From Acidimicrobiia bacterium (lineage in GTDB: Bacteria > Actinomycetota > Acidimicrobiia > Acidimicrobiales > CAIXPF01): a stretch of 64,000 nucleotides of DNA. Each line of letters starts with the position of its first letter. The first letter of the stretch is position 1. The translations under genes and the position numbers were made by a program. The DNA is taken from NCBI GenBank assembly GCA_947476745.1, contig CANJRG010000001.1, positions 457,616 to 521,615 of the forward strand, given 5' to 3'. This document shows positions 1 to 9,067 of this stretch, in pieces. Below the pieces are notes generated by a model. That model worked only from the letters and a program-made list of their open reading frames with translations. It was not told where the DNA came from and did not search any database.

Positions 1-1
1 C

Positions 2-2005
2 GAGACCGCCAAGGCCTCACCGTTCGCCGCGTCTCTGCTGTTCGGCTGGATCGCCGTGTACATGTACGAGGGCGATGCGCCACTGGCCGAACGCCGGGCT
101 GCGGCGCTGGCCCTCGACCGTGACCTGCTGCGCGATCTCCTCGGGGCCGAGGAGCTGCGGGAGCTGCTCGACCCCGAGGCGCTCGCCGAGCTCGAGCTGG
201 AGCTGCAGCTGCTCACCGAGAACCGCCGGATGCGCCACGTCGAGGACCTGTGGGACGGCCTGCGCCGACTGGGCCCCCTGACCCGGGACGAGATCGACTC
301 CCGGAGTATCGCTGACCCCACGCTTTGGATCGACAGCCTGCTGCGCGACCGACGGGTGATCGAGGTCAACGTCGACGGCCTCCCCCACCTCGCTGTGGCC
401 GAGGATGCCGGTCGGTTGCGTGATGCGTTGGGCATTGCCATCCCAATCGGTCTGCCGATGGCGTTCACCGAGTCGAGCGCCGAGCCGCTCGTCGAGCTGC
501 TGGCCCGATTCGCCCGCAGCCACGGGCCGTTCACCACCGCCGAGGCCGCCCGGCGCCTCGGCCTCGGCCCGCCGCGGGCCGAGGCCGCCCTGCAGCGCCT
601 CGAACACGGCGGCCGCCTGGTCCACGGCGAGTTCCGTCCCGGTGGCGTCGAGCGCGAGTGGTGTGATCCGGAGGTCCTGCGCCAACTCCGGCGACGTTCC
701 CTCGCGGCACTTCGGCGCGAGGTGGAACCGGTTGAGCAGCAGGCCTTCGCACGGTTCCTGCCCTCGTGGCAGGGCGTGGGCCGCAACGCCCGTGGCCTCG
801 ATGCCCTCGCCGACGCCCTCGCCACCCTCGCCGGGGCGGCCATACCGGCCAGTGTTCTGGAATCCGACGTGCTGCCGGCCCGGCTGGCCAGCTACCGCAG
901 CGCCGACCTCGATGCGCTGTGCACCACCGGCGAGGTGGTGTGGATGGGTACCGGGGCCATCGGCAGCAACGACGGCCGCATCCGGCTGGCCTTCCGCGAC
1001 CAGGCCCCGCTCCTGCTGCCCGGGCCTGCGCCCGACCGACGGACCGGCCCGCTGCACGACGCGCTGGTCGCGCAGCTCAGCGGCGGCGGTGCCAGCTTCT
1101 GGGCCGACCTCGTCGGTGCCGCCCAACGGGCCGGCGCGGCCCACGACGACGCCTCGGTGCTCGCCGCCCTTTGGGACCTGGTGTGGGCCGGGGTCGTCAC
1201 CAACGACTCGCTCGCACCGCTGCGCGCCGTACTTATCGGTACGCGGGCCCGCAACAACACCGCCCGGGCCCCGCGGGGCCGACCGCGCCCCGGCCGGCTC
1301 TCCCGGTTGGGGCCGGCGGCGGGGGCCGGTCGTTGGTCATTGGTCTCCACCGTGCTCGTCCCGGCACCCTCCGCCACCGAGGCGCTGACCGGACGGGCCC
1401 TGCAACTGTTGGAGCGCTACGGGGTGCTCACCCGTGAGAGCGCCCTGGGTGAGGGCGCCGAAGGCGGGTTCGCCGGGGTCTACCCGGTACTCAAGGCCCT
1501 CGAGGAACGAGGGCAGGTTCGCCGGGGCTACTTCGTGGACGGTCTCGGCGCAGCTCAGTTCGCCCTGCCCGGCGCGGTCGACCGGTTGCGCTCGTTCCGC
1601 TCCGGTGTGCACCGCGACGACCGCGAGGCCCCCACGACGCTGGTCCTCGCCGCCACCGATCCCGCCCAGCCCTTCGGGGCCACGCTGCCGTGGCCGGCGG
1701 GCGAGGGCCGGCCCGCCCGTACCGCAGGCGCCCAGGTCGTGATCCACGACGGTGAGGCCGTTGCCTATCTCGACCGCTCCGGGCGCCGCCTGGTCACATT
1801 CCCGGCTGCAGCTCGCCTCACCGAGGATGGCGAGATCGGCTGGGCCGCGGCCCTGGCCTCGCTGGTCCAGCGCCGCCGGGTCCGCCAGGTCCTCATCGCC
1901 CACATCGACGGCCTACCCGCCGCCGACAGTCCCCTGGCCCCGGTGCTGGGTGCGGTCGGGTTCCGTGACGGCTACCGCGGGCTGGTGCTGCGCGGCGAAG
2001 GGTGA
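2..2005 (+). CDS. lhr: ATP-dependent helicase Lhr, C-terminal region (5' end outside window)
   Basis: The ORF is open to the window edge. The long Ala/Leu/Arg-rich region (e.g. LKALEERGQVRRGYFVDGLGAAQFALPGAVDRLR) resembles the C-terminal DEAD-associated/winged-helix part of Lhr-type helicases. The motor domain is not in the window. Confidence 0.6.
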   Translation, partial: ETAKASPFAASLLFGWIAVYMYEGDAPLAERRAAALALDRDLLRDLLGAEELRELLDPEALAELELELQLLTENRRMRHVEDLWDGLRRLGPLTRDEIDSRSIADPTLWIDSLLRDRRVIEVNVDGLPHLAVAEDAGRLRDALGIAIPIGLPMAFTESSAEPLVELLARFARSHGPFTTAEAARRLGLGPPRAEAALQRLEHGGRLVHGEFRPGGVEREWCDPEVLRQLRRRSLAALRREVEPVEQQAFARFLPSWQGVGRNARGLDALADALATLAGAAIPASVLESDVLPARLASYRSADLDALCTTGEVVWMGTGAIGSNDGRIRLAFRDQAPLLLPGPAPDRRTGPLHDALVAQLSGGGASFWADLVGAAQRAGAAHDDASVLAALWDLVWAGVVTNDSLAPLRAVLIGTRARNNTARAPRGRPRPGRLSRLGPAAGAGRWSLVSTVLVPAPSATEALTGRALQLLERYGVLTRESALGEGAEGGFAGVYPVLKALEERGQVRRGYFVDGLGAAQFALPGAVDRLRSFRSGVHRDDREAPTTLVLAATDPAQPFGATLPWPAGEGRPARTAGAQVVIHDGEAVAYLDRSGRRLVTFPAAARLTEDGEIGWAAALASLVQRRRVRQVLIAHIDGLPAADSPLAPVLGAVGFRDGYRGLVLRGEG

Positions 2006-2030
2006 GCGGTCCGCCGCTAGCGTGACCGCC

Positions 2031-3011
2031 ATGAGCACCGGCGCGGACCAGATCCTCGACGTCGACCTGCTGCGCTACGAGACCGGCGACCGGGCGGCCC
2101 GCCGCGCCGTCGTCGAGGGGGTGATGCGCTCGCTGGCCACCGGCTTCGTGTTCACCTCCCACGATCTCGGCGAGGACCTGCTCGACGACGCCTACGGCTT
2201 GCTCGCAGCGTTCTTCGACCAGCCGCCGGCCGAGAAGGCCCGGTACGTCACGCCCGGATCACACGGCCAGACCGGCTACACCGGCCTGCTGGTTGAGACC
2301 GCGGCAACCGCCACGCACGCCGACTGGAAGGAGATGCTCAACTGGGGCAGCCCGCCTCCCGCCGGTCACCCACTGCGCCACCGCTACCCGCACCGGTATC
2401 TCGACCCCGTCTTCCCCGAGGCCTCGGTGCCGGGCATCGGCGAGGCACTGGCCCGCATGCACGTGCAGATGGCGGCGTTGCAACATCGGTTCCTGCGGAT
2501 CATCGCCGTCGGCATCGGCGTTGCCGAGGACTTCTTCGACCGACTGGTGCAGTACGGGCCCACGCTGACCCGGGCCATCCACTACCCGGCGATGGACCTC
2601 GCCCCGGACCACGAGCACGTGTGGGCCGCGGCCCACGGCGACATCAACCTGCTCACGGCGCTGCCCCGGGCTAGCGCCCGCGGCCTGCAGGTCCTCACCG
2701 ACCAGGGGTGGATCGACGCGGTGCCGCCGGCGGGCCGGGTCGTGGTCAACTCGGGGATGATGCTCGAGCAGCTCACCAACGGTGTCATACCAACAGGTAT
2801 GCACCGGGTGGTGGCCGACCCCGGCCAGAGCGGCGAGCGCTACTCGGTGGTTCAGTTCTGCCACCCGACGCCGTGGACCGTGCTGGCCCCACTGGCATGC
2901 TGCGTGAGCCCCGGGCGGCCGCAACGCTATGGGGCCATCTCCGCCGGGGACCGGCTCGACGAAGTCCTGTGGGAGATCAACCTGCTCGAGGCCGACGGCG
3001 ACCAGCCGTGA
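2031..3011 (+). CDS. 2-oxoglutarate/Fe(II)-dependent oxygenase (isopenicillin N synthase-like family)
   Basis: ATG at 2031 lies in frame in ORF 1752-3011. HxD motif (AAHGDINLLT), distal His (GMHRVV) and RYSVVQF are typical of 2OG oxygenases. Confidence 0.8.
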   Translation: MSTGADQILDVDLLRYETGDRAARRAVVEGVMRSLATGFVFTSHDLGEDLLDDAYGLLAAFFDQPPAEKARYVTPGSHGQTGYTGLLVETAATATHADWKEMLNWGSPPPAGHPLRHRYPHRYLDPVFPEASVPGIGEALARMHVQMAALQHRFLRIIAVGIGVAEDFFDRLVQYGPTLTRAIHYPAMDLAPDHEHVWAAAHGDINLLTALPRASARGLQVLTDQGWIDAVPPAGRVVVNSGMMLEQLTNGVIPTGMHRVVADPGQSGERYSVVQFCHPTPWTVLAPLACCVSPGRPQRYGAISAGDRLDEVLWEINLLEADGDQP

Positions 3012-3110
3012 CGGGTACCAGGCGGAACCCGGCCCCTACCAGGTGGTAGGCCCCTACCGGCTGGCACGCGACCCATGGCGGAGGGGCAGCAATGCGCCGT
3101 TGCATGCCGG

Positions 3111-4151
3111 TCAGCCGGCAGCCGGACAGACGGGACGCCAGGCCGACTCGGTGAACACCTCGGCGATCAGCTCGTAGAGCGCGGGGTCGTACCGGCGCAG
3201 GGTCTCACGCGAGGAGATCGGACTGTCGTAGCCGTCGCCACCACCATCGGGCCCGTAGGCGGGGCGGCTGGCGTCGAAGAAGTCCTGGACGCCTTCCGCC
3301 CAGTATTCGTCGTGGTTGGTCATGGCGTAGGTGTTCCGGTAGACCGCCATCGACCGGGCCGCGGCGAACGCGTCCTCGACACGGGCCTCGAAGCCGCGGT
3401 CCGCGGGCCCGACCGCCATGTCGAGCACCGAATGGCCGAGCTCGTGCACCAGGACCGACTGGCCCGGGTAGGTGTCCTCACCGCTGCACAGCAGGTTCTC
3501 CTCCGGCGCTGCGGCGAGGGGCCGTTGCGGCGTGGCGCCGTAGGCCCGCGCCGCATCCCAGTCGGTCCTGGGGAAGTGCACGGGCAGGTCGCGGTACTCA
3601 GGCAGGTCCACCGCACGTTGGTCCCGGCCGATCACGCCGAGCCGGAAGTGGCGGCGAGCCATGGCCGCGGCGAGGTCGGGCCGCGGCGCCAGCATCCCCT
3701 CGAGGATCTTCCCGGCAGCCTCGAGTGCGTCGTCGGCGACGACACCGGAGGCCACCACCGGCAGGCCGTGGACCATGCACGCCTTCTGGTAAAAGGCATC
3801 GAGGCCCATCGAGCGCAGCACTGCGTCGACCGCGCACCCCGCGCCTGCGATACTGCGCGACGCGGCCGGGGCCGACCTCGTATCCGGTGCGGTCACCGCC
3901 GCAGCGGTGGTGACCGTGACCACCATCGCCGTCGCGACATCGGTCGCGGGTCCCGGCGCTGTCGGCCGCGCCGCACCGTCGGCGGAGGCCGGACCAGATG
4001 ACGCGGGACGGGTCTCCACCACGACCGGCAGCCGATCGGCCCCGATGACGGCCACGCTGTCGGCCACCGACCCCGTGACCCCGCACGCCGGCAGCGCTAT
4101 GAGCAGCCACGCCGCCCACCGCCGACACCACGGAACTCGGCGGCGCCGCAC
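3111..4151 (-). CDS. secreted/lipoprotein zinc metalloprotease (HExxH)
   Basis: HELGH motif (VLVHELGHSV) with downstream DEYWAEG. The N-terminal signal has an RRRR n-region and an LLIALPAC lipobox-like site. The GTG start at 4151 was chosen to precede the signal; GTG 4178 is an alternative. Confidence 0.6.
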   Translation of the reverse strand: MRRRRVPWCRRWAAWLLIALPACGVTGSVADSVAVIGADRLPVVVETRPASSGPASADGAARPTAPGPATDVATAMVVTVTTAAAVTAPDTRSAPAASRSIAGAGCAVDAVLRSMGLDAFYQKACMVHGLPVVASGVVADDALEAAGKILEGMLAPRPDLAAAMARRHFRLGVIGRDQRAVDLPEYRDLPVHFPRTDWDAARAYGATPQRPLAAAPEENLLCSGEDTYPGQSVLVHELGHSVLDMAVGPADRGFEARVEDAFAAARSMAVYRNTYAMTNHDEYWAEGVQDFFDASRPAYGPDGGGDGYDSPISSRETLRRYDPALYELIAEVFTESAWRPVCPAAG

Positions 4152-4332
4152 GACCTGATGCTGGGCGAGATCACGCACAAGGACTCCACGGCCGGCTATC
4201 GGGCAGCACTGCAACGACCGGCGGGGCCTCACCCTGGAGCGGTGGTCGTACCCCGGATAGGTGAACGGCTCCGGATTTCCCTCATCCGGGGGGCCTGCAG
4301 GCCCGGGAGCGGGCGGGCCGTAGCATCGAACC

Positions 4333-5490
4333 GTGCCCTCCGATCCCGACCCGACGGCAGTTCCCGAACCAGCCGCGTCGACCGGCCCCACGGCAGAACC
4401 CGGCCCGGTCGTGTCGACCGGGCCGACCGCGTCGCCGGGCCCGGTTGTAGCCGCCGACCCGACCGCACGCTCGGGCCAGTCGGGTCGGCCCAGCGAACGG
4501 GCACGGGCGGTCGGGCTGGTGCTCGGTGCCGGCGGCGTGCCCGGTTACGCCTTCCACGTCGGGGTACTCGCCGCACTCGCCGACCACGGCCACTGGGACG
4601 CCCGCGGCGCGGAGCTGATCGTGGGCACCTCGGCCGGCGCCGGGATCGCCTCGCTGCTACGGGCCGGGCTGTCCCCGCTCGACCTGTATGCGCACACCCT
4701 CGGGCGGCGGCTGTCCCCCGAGGGCGATGCCCTGCTGGCCCGGCTGCCCAGCGCAGCCTGGGACAGCGGGGCCGAACGTCCGGGCCGGTACGGGCCGGCC
4801 TCGGTCGCGCTCGCGGCCAGAGGCCTGCTGCGCTGGCCGCCGCGTCCCGGGGTGATACTGGCCGGGGCCCTGCCACGCGGTCGACGCAGCCCCACACCGC
4901 TCGGCGACCGTCATCGGGCGGTGCACACCCGGTGGCCCGATGCTGCGCTCTGGCTGTGCGCGCTGCGCGTCGGCGACGGTCGGCGCACGGTGTTCGGCCG
5001 GGACGACCACCCGCCGCTCGACGTGGGCACCGCGGTGGAGGCATCGTGCGCAGTGCCCGGCCGCTTCGACCCGGTGGCCGTAGGCGACGAGCGCTACCTG
5101 GACGGGGGCACCTGGTCGGCCACGAACGCCGACCTGGTCGCCCGCCTGGGCTTCGACGCCGTGGTGGTCGTCGCCCCGCTGTCGACCCCGCGCCTGGTGG
5201 CGACCAGCCCGCGGCGGCTGGCGACGGGCGGCCGCAGTTGGTCCGAACCGGGACGGGTGCTGTCGCGGGCCTACCATCGGGCGGTGCTGGAAGCCGAAGT
5301 TCGCCGGGTCGTCCACGCGGGCACCCCCGTGATCACCATCGAACCGACCGAGGACGACCTCGGCCTGCTCGACGGGCCCGGCCCGGGCGGGCGAGTCGAC
5401 GTGGCCGAGCAGGCCTACGCCTCGGTCACCGCCCGTCTGCGCCAGGACCGCGACCTCACCGTGCTGCTCAACGCGCCGGTGCCGGCATGA
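4333..5490 (+). CDS. patatin-like phospholipase
   Basis: Oxyanion GAGGVPG, nucleophile elbow GTSAG and catalytic DGG (YLDGGTW). The stop overlaps the hemE start (ATGA). Confidence 0.8.
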   Translation: MPSDPDPTAVPEPAASTGPTAEPGPVVSTGPTASPGPVVAADPTARSGQSGRPSERARAVGLVLGAGGVPGYAFHVGVLAALADHGHWDARGAELIVGTSAGAGIASLLRAGLSPLDLYAHTLGRRLSPEGDALLARLPSAAWDSGAERPGRYGPASVALAARGLLRWPPRPGVILAGALPRGRRSPTPLGDRHRAVHTRWPDAALWLCALRVGDGRRTVFGRDDHPPLDVGTAVEASCAVPGRFDPVAVGDERYLDGGTWSATNADLVARLGFDAVVVVAPLSTPRLVATSPRRLATGGRSWSEPGRVLSRAYHRAVLEAEVRRVVHAGTPVITIEPTEDDLGLLDGPGPGGRVDVAEQAYASVTARLRQDRDLTVLLNAPVPA

Positions 5491-6545
5491 CCGCCGACCT
5501 GACCGCCTCACCGTTCCTGGCAGCCTGCCGGGGCGAGCGTCCGTCGCGCCGCCCGGTGTGGTTCCAGCGCCAGGCCGGTCGCTCGCTGCCGGAATACCGG
5601 GCCATCCGCGGCACCGGCAGCATCCTGCAGGCGGTGCGCGACCCGGCTCTGGCCACCGAGATCACCCTGCAGCCGATCCGCCGCTACGACACCGACGCCG
5701 CCATCCTGTACTCCGACATCATGGTGCCGATCGCCGCCACCGGCTTCGGCGTGGACATCAAGGCCGGGATCGGACCGGTCGCCGAGCAGCCCTTCCGTTC
5801 CCGGGCCGACCTCGACCGGGTCCGGCCGCTCGATCCCGACAGCGACGTGCCCTACGTGGCGGAGACCGTCCGCCTGCTGGTCCGCGAGCTCGGCGTTCCG
5901 CTGATCGGCTTCGCCGGGGCGCCGTTCACCGTGGCCAGCTACCTGATCGAGGGCGGCCCGTCGCGCACCTACACCAAGACCAAGACCCTGATGCTCGGTG
6001 ACCCCGAGCTGTTCGGCGAGCTGCTCGGCCGGTTGGCCGAACAGGCGGTGGCCTCGCTGCGAGCCCAGGTCGCCGCCGGGGCCTCAGCGGTGCAGGTCTT
6101 CGACAGCTGGGCTGGGGCGCTGCACCCGGCCCACTACGAGCGTTACGTCCTGCCCCACACCAAGCGGGTGTTCGCCGGGGTCGCCGACCTCGAGGTCCCG
6201 CGCATTCACTTCGGGGTCACCACCGGCGAGCTGCTGCCGTTGATGGCCACCGCCGGCGTCGAGATGGTCGGCATCGACTGGCGAGTGGCGCTCGATTCGG
6301 CCCGGGCCCGGGTACCCGCCGGCATCAGCGTGCAGGGCAATCTGGACCCCGCCGTCATCCTGGCCGGCTGGCCACAGGTCCAGGCCGAGGCCAGCGACGT
6401 GCTGCGCCGGATCGGCTCGCACACCGGCCACGTGTTCAACCTCGGACACGGCGTGCTGCCCGAGAGCGACCCCGACGTGCTGCAACGCCTCGCCGAGTTC
6501 GTCCACGCCCAGCCGGTGGGCGTGGCCCCGGGCACTCCCCGGTGA
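5487..6545 (+). CDS. hemE: uroporphyrinogen decarboxylase
   Basis: The N-terminus PFLAACRGERPSRRPVWFQRQAGRSLPEYR and full-length similarity match HemE. ATG at 5487 is in frame in ORF 4158-6545. Confidence 0.95.
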   Translation: MTADLTASPFLAACRGERPSRRPVWFQRQAGRSLPEYRAIRGTGSILQAVRDPALATEITLQPIRRYDTDAAILYSDIMVPIAATGFGVDIKAGIGPVAEQPFRSRADLDRVRPLDPDSDVPYVAETVRLLVRELGVPLIGFAGAPFTVASYLIEGGPSRTYTKTKTLMLGDPELFGELLGRLAEQAVASLRAQVAAGASAVQVFDSWAGALHPAHYERYVLPHTKRVFAGVADLEVPRIHFGVTTGELLPLMATAGVEMVGIDWRVALDSARARVPAGISVQGNLDPAVILAGWPQVQAEASDVLRRIGSHTGHVFNLGHGVLPESDPDVLQRLAEFVHAQPVGVAPGTPR

Positions 6546-8023
6546 CCGTCGGGCCCCGGGTCGCGGTCGTCGGCGCGGGCATTGCCGGGCTGAGCGCCGC
6601 CTACGACCTGACCCGGGCCGGGATCGACGTCGTGGTGATCGACCCGGCCGACCGCCCGGGCGGCAAGCTACGCACCAGCCCCTTCGCCGGGGTCGACCTC
6701 GACGAATCGGCCGACATGTTCCTGGCCAGGCTGCCGTGGGGCGTGGGGTTGTGCCGCGACCTCGGGCTGGAGCCGGCGCTGATCCACCCGGCGATCGGGT
6801 CGGCGCTGGTGGTGCACAACGGCCGGCTGCGGCGCCTGCCCGAGGGCCTGGTGCTCGGCGTGCCCAGCGACCTGGAGGCCCTGCAGGCGAGCGGACTGGT
6901 CAGCGAGGCCGGTCTGGCCCGCCTGGCCGAGGACCTGGCCCGTCCGGAGGGGCCGCCACCAGAGGACCGCGGCGAGGACTGCACCGTCGGTGAGCTGGTG
7001 CGCAGCCGCCTCGGCGACGAGGTCTTCGAGGTCCTGGTCGACCCGCTGCTGTCGGGGGTCAACGCCGGCCGGGCCGACGACCTCAGCGCCCAGCTGGGCG
7101 CCGCCCAACTCCTCGCCGCCGCCCGTCGCGACCGCAGCCTGGTGCGCGGGGCACGCGCCCAGCTCCCGCCGGTCCCGCCCGGCGGCGGACGGGCACCGGT
7201 CTTCGCCGCCCTACCCGGTGGTATGGGCACCCTGGTCGGAGCGTTGGTCGAGGCGATCGGCATCGGCCGTTTCCGACTCGGCCGAACGGTCACCGAGCTG
7301 ATCGAACAGCCCGACGGTCGCTTCGTGATCGCCACCCGCACCGCCCCGGCCGCCGCCGATCCGGCCTACGGACCCGTCGCCGACCCCGTCGCTTCCAGCG
7401 CCTCAGGCGAACGCGCCGGCAGTGAAACCGTCGATGCCGTCGTGCTCGCCACCCCCGGGCCGGTCAGTGCCGCCCTGCTGGGCGACCACATGGCGAAGGC
7501 CGCGACGGAGCTCGGGTCGCTGGCCTACGCCTCCGTCGCCATCATCGCCCTGGCGTGGCGCGCCGCCAACGTGCACGGCAACCTCGACGCCTCCGGGTTC
7601 CTGGTGCCGCGACGATCCGGTCTGCTGCTCACGGCCTGTTCGTGGGCGTCGGCCAAGTTCCCCCACCTCGGTGCCGACGGCCTGGTCCGGCTGCGGGCGT
7701 CGGTCGGACGCAGCGACGACACACGCTTCCTCGCGCTCGACGACGCCGAGCTCATCGGCCGGGTCCGGGCGGAGCTGGCCGAGCTCATGGGCATCGAGGC
7801 CGCGCCGGTCGCGGCGCGGGTGCACCGCTGGCTCGATGCCCTGCCCCAATACCGGCCCGGACACGGTGCCCGCATCGACGCGGTGGAGGCCGAGCTGGCC
7901 GAGCGGCTCCCCGGGGTGGTGCTGGCCGGCGCGTCCTTGCGCGGCCTGGGCATCCCCGCCTGCATCGACTCGGGCCGACGAGCCGCACAACACCTGCTCG
8001 AACGGCTCCTGCCGACCGCCTGA
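6542..8023 (+). CDS. hemY: coproporphyrinogen/protoporphyrinogen oxidase (HemY/CgoX type, FAD)
   Basis: FAD dinucleotide fold VAVVGAGIAGLSAAY. The GTG start overlaps the hemE stop (GTGA). Length and hemE adjacency are typical of actinobacterial hemY. Confidence 0.9.
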   Translation: MTVGPRVAVVGAGIAGLSAAYDLTRAGIDVVVIDPADRPGGKLRTSPFAGVDLDESADMFLARLPWGVGLCRDLGLEPALIHPAIGSALVVHNGRLRRLPEGLVLGVPSDLEALQASGLVSEAGLARLAEDLARPEGPPPEDRGEDCTVGELVRSRLGDEVFEVLVDPLLSGVNAGRADDLSAQLGAAQLLAAARRDRSLVRGARAQLPPVPPGGGRAPVFAALPGGMGTLVGALVEAIGIGRFRLGRTVTELIEQPDGRFVIATRTAPAAADPAYGPVADPVASSASGERAGSETVDAVVLATPGPVSAALLGDHMAKAATELGSLAYASVAIIALAWRAANVHGNLDASGFLVPRRSGLLLTACSWASAKFPHLGADGLVRLRASVGRSDDTRFLALDDAELIGRVRAELAELMGIEAAPVAARVHRWLDALPQYRPGHGARIDAVEAELAERLPGVVLAGASLRGLGIPACIDSGRRAAQHLLERLLPTA

Positions 8024-8138
8024 CACCTGGAGGACCCACCCCCGAGCCCGGGTGAGTCCGGCCGGGCGCGCGCCCGGCCGGCGCGCCCGGCGTGGTTCAC
8101 CGGGAGGAGTTCGCTCACCAGGGCCCTACGCTGAGCCC

Positions 8139-9047
8139 GTGCGGGATCCCAGCCCCCCGTCGAGCAGCCCCCCGTCGAACACGCCCCCGACGGACCCGGA
8201 CGCGCCCAGAACCGCCGCGCCCGGCCGCCGGGCTCGCACCGTTGCGATCGGTGTCATCGCCGCCGTCCTCGTACTGGTCGCCGGGGTCCTGGTGCAACGT
8301 GACCAGGCCGAGCGGTCACGGGCGGCGACAAGCGCGCTCGCCGCCGGCCACCGGCGACCGGGCCGCACGGCGGTCACCGCAGCCGGACCGGCCGCCACCA
8401 CCACCGAGACCACGACGGAACCGCTCCCGACGACCACCTCGGAGCCGGCGGGCCCGACGATGACCGAGCCCTCCCTCCCGGTACCCGAGCCCCTCCCCCT
8501 CGACCCCTACGCCGACACGCCGGAGGTGGTCGTCGCCCGAATCGTCATCCCGGCGATCGGCCTCGACGAGGACGTCCACCAGGGCATGACCCTGACCGCC
8601 ATCAACCGGGGACCGTCGCACTGGCCGGGCACCGCGCTGCCGGGGCAGCTCGGCAACGTCGTGATCGCCGGCCATCGCACGACCTACGGCAAGCCCTTCC
8701 GCGACCTCGATCAGCTGCAGCCAGGCGACCAGGTGATCTACCGCACCGGGTCTGGCACGTTCACCTATGTCGCCACCCACACCGAGATCGTGACCCCCGA
8801 CGAGGTTCACATCGCCGACCAGACCGCGGCGTACACCTCGACGCTGTTCGCCTGCCACCCTCCGGGCTCGGCGGCCTACCGCATCGTGGTCCGACTCGAA
8901 CTCCAGGGCGAACCGGCGGCGAAACCCCCCGGTGGCCAGATCGGTTCCGACTCGGACGGTCAGGTCAGCGTCGCCTCGGACGGTCAAGTCGGCACCGGCC
9001 CGAACGGGTCGGCCGGTACGGCAGCGGTGACCGTGCCCGACGCCTGA
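8139..9047 (+). CDS. sortase (class E-like) with N-terminal membrane anchor
   Basis: TM segment VAIGVIAAVLVLVAGVLV. Catalytic His (VIAGHRTTYG), Cys (TLFACHPPGS) and Arg (YRIVVRLEL). GTG 8139 is in frame; the upstream part of ORF 7422-9047 overlaps hemY. Confidence 0.8.
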   Translation: MRDPSPPSSSPPSNTPPTDPDAPRTAAPGRRARTVAIGVIAAVLVLVAGVLVQRDQAERSRAATSALAAGHRRPGRTAVTAAGPAATTTETTTEPLPTTTSEPAGPTMTEPSLPVPEPLPLDPYADTPEVVVARIVIPAIGLDEDVHQGMTLTAINRGPSHWPGTALPGQLGNVVIAGHRTTYGKPFRDLDQLQPGDQVIYRTGSGTFTYVATHTEIVTPDEVHIADQTAAYTSTLFACHPPGSAAYRIVVRLELQGEPAAKPPGGQIGSDSDGQVSVASDGQVGTGPNGSAGTAAVTVPDA

Positions 9048-9067
9048 GTCCCCCTAGCCTGGCCCGG

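Noticed and set aside
4158-5486. A 5' extension of the hemE ORF that would give a 795-aa protein. The same kind of upstream extension occurs for the sortase (7422-8138), prmA (59843-61597), the amidohydrolase (21475-22557) and the helicase (29139-29519).
   Set aside because: The extensions are Arg/Pro-rich and overlap well-supported genes in another frame. Internal starts with stop/start overlaps or an RBS give proteins of canonical length.
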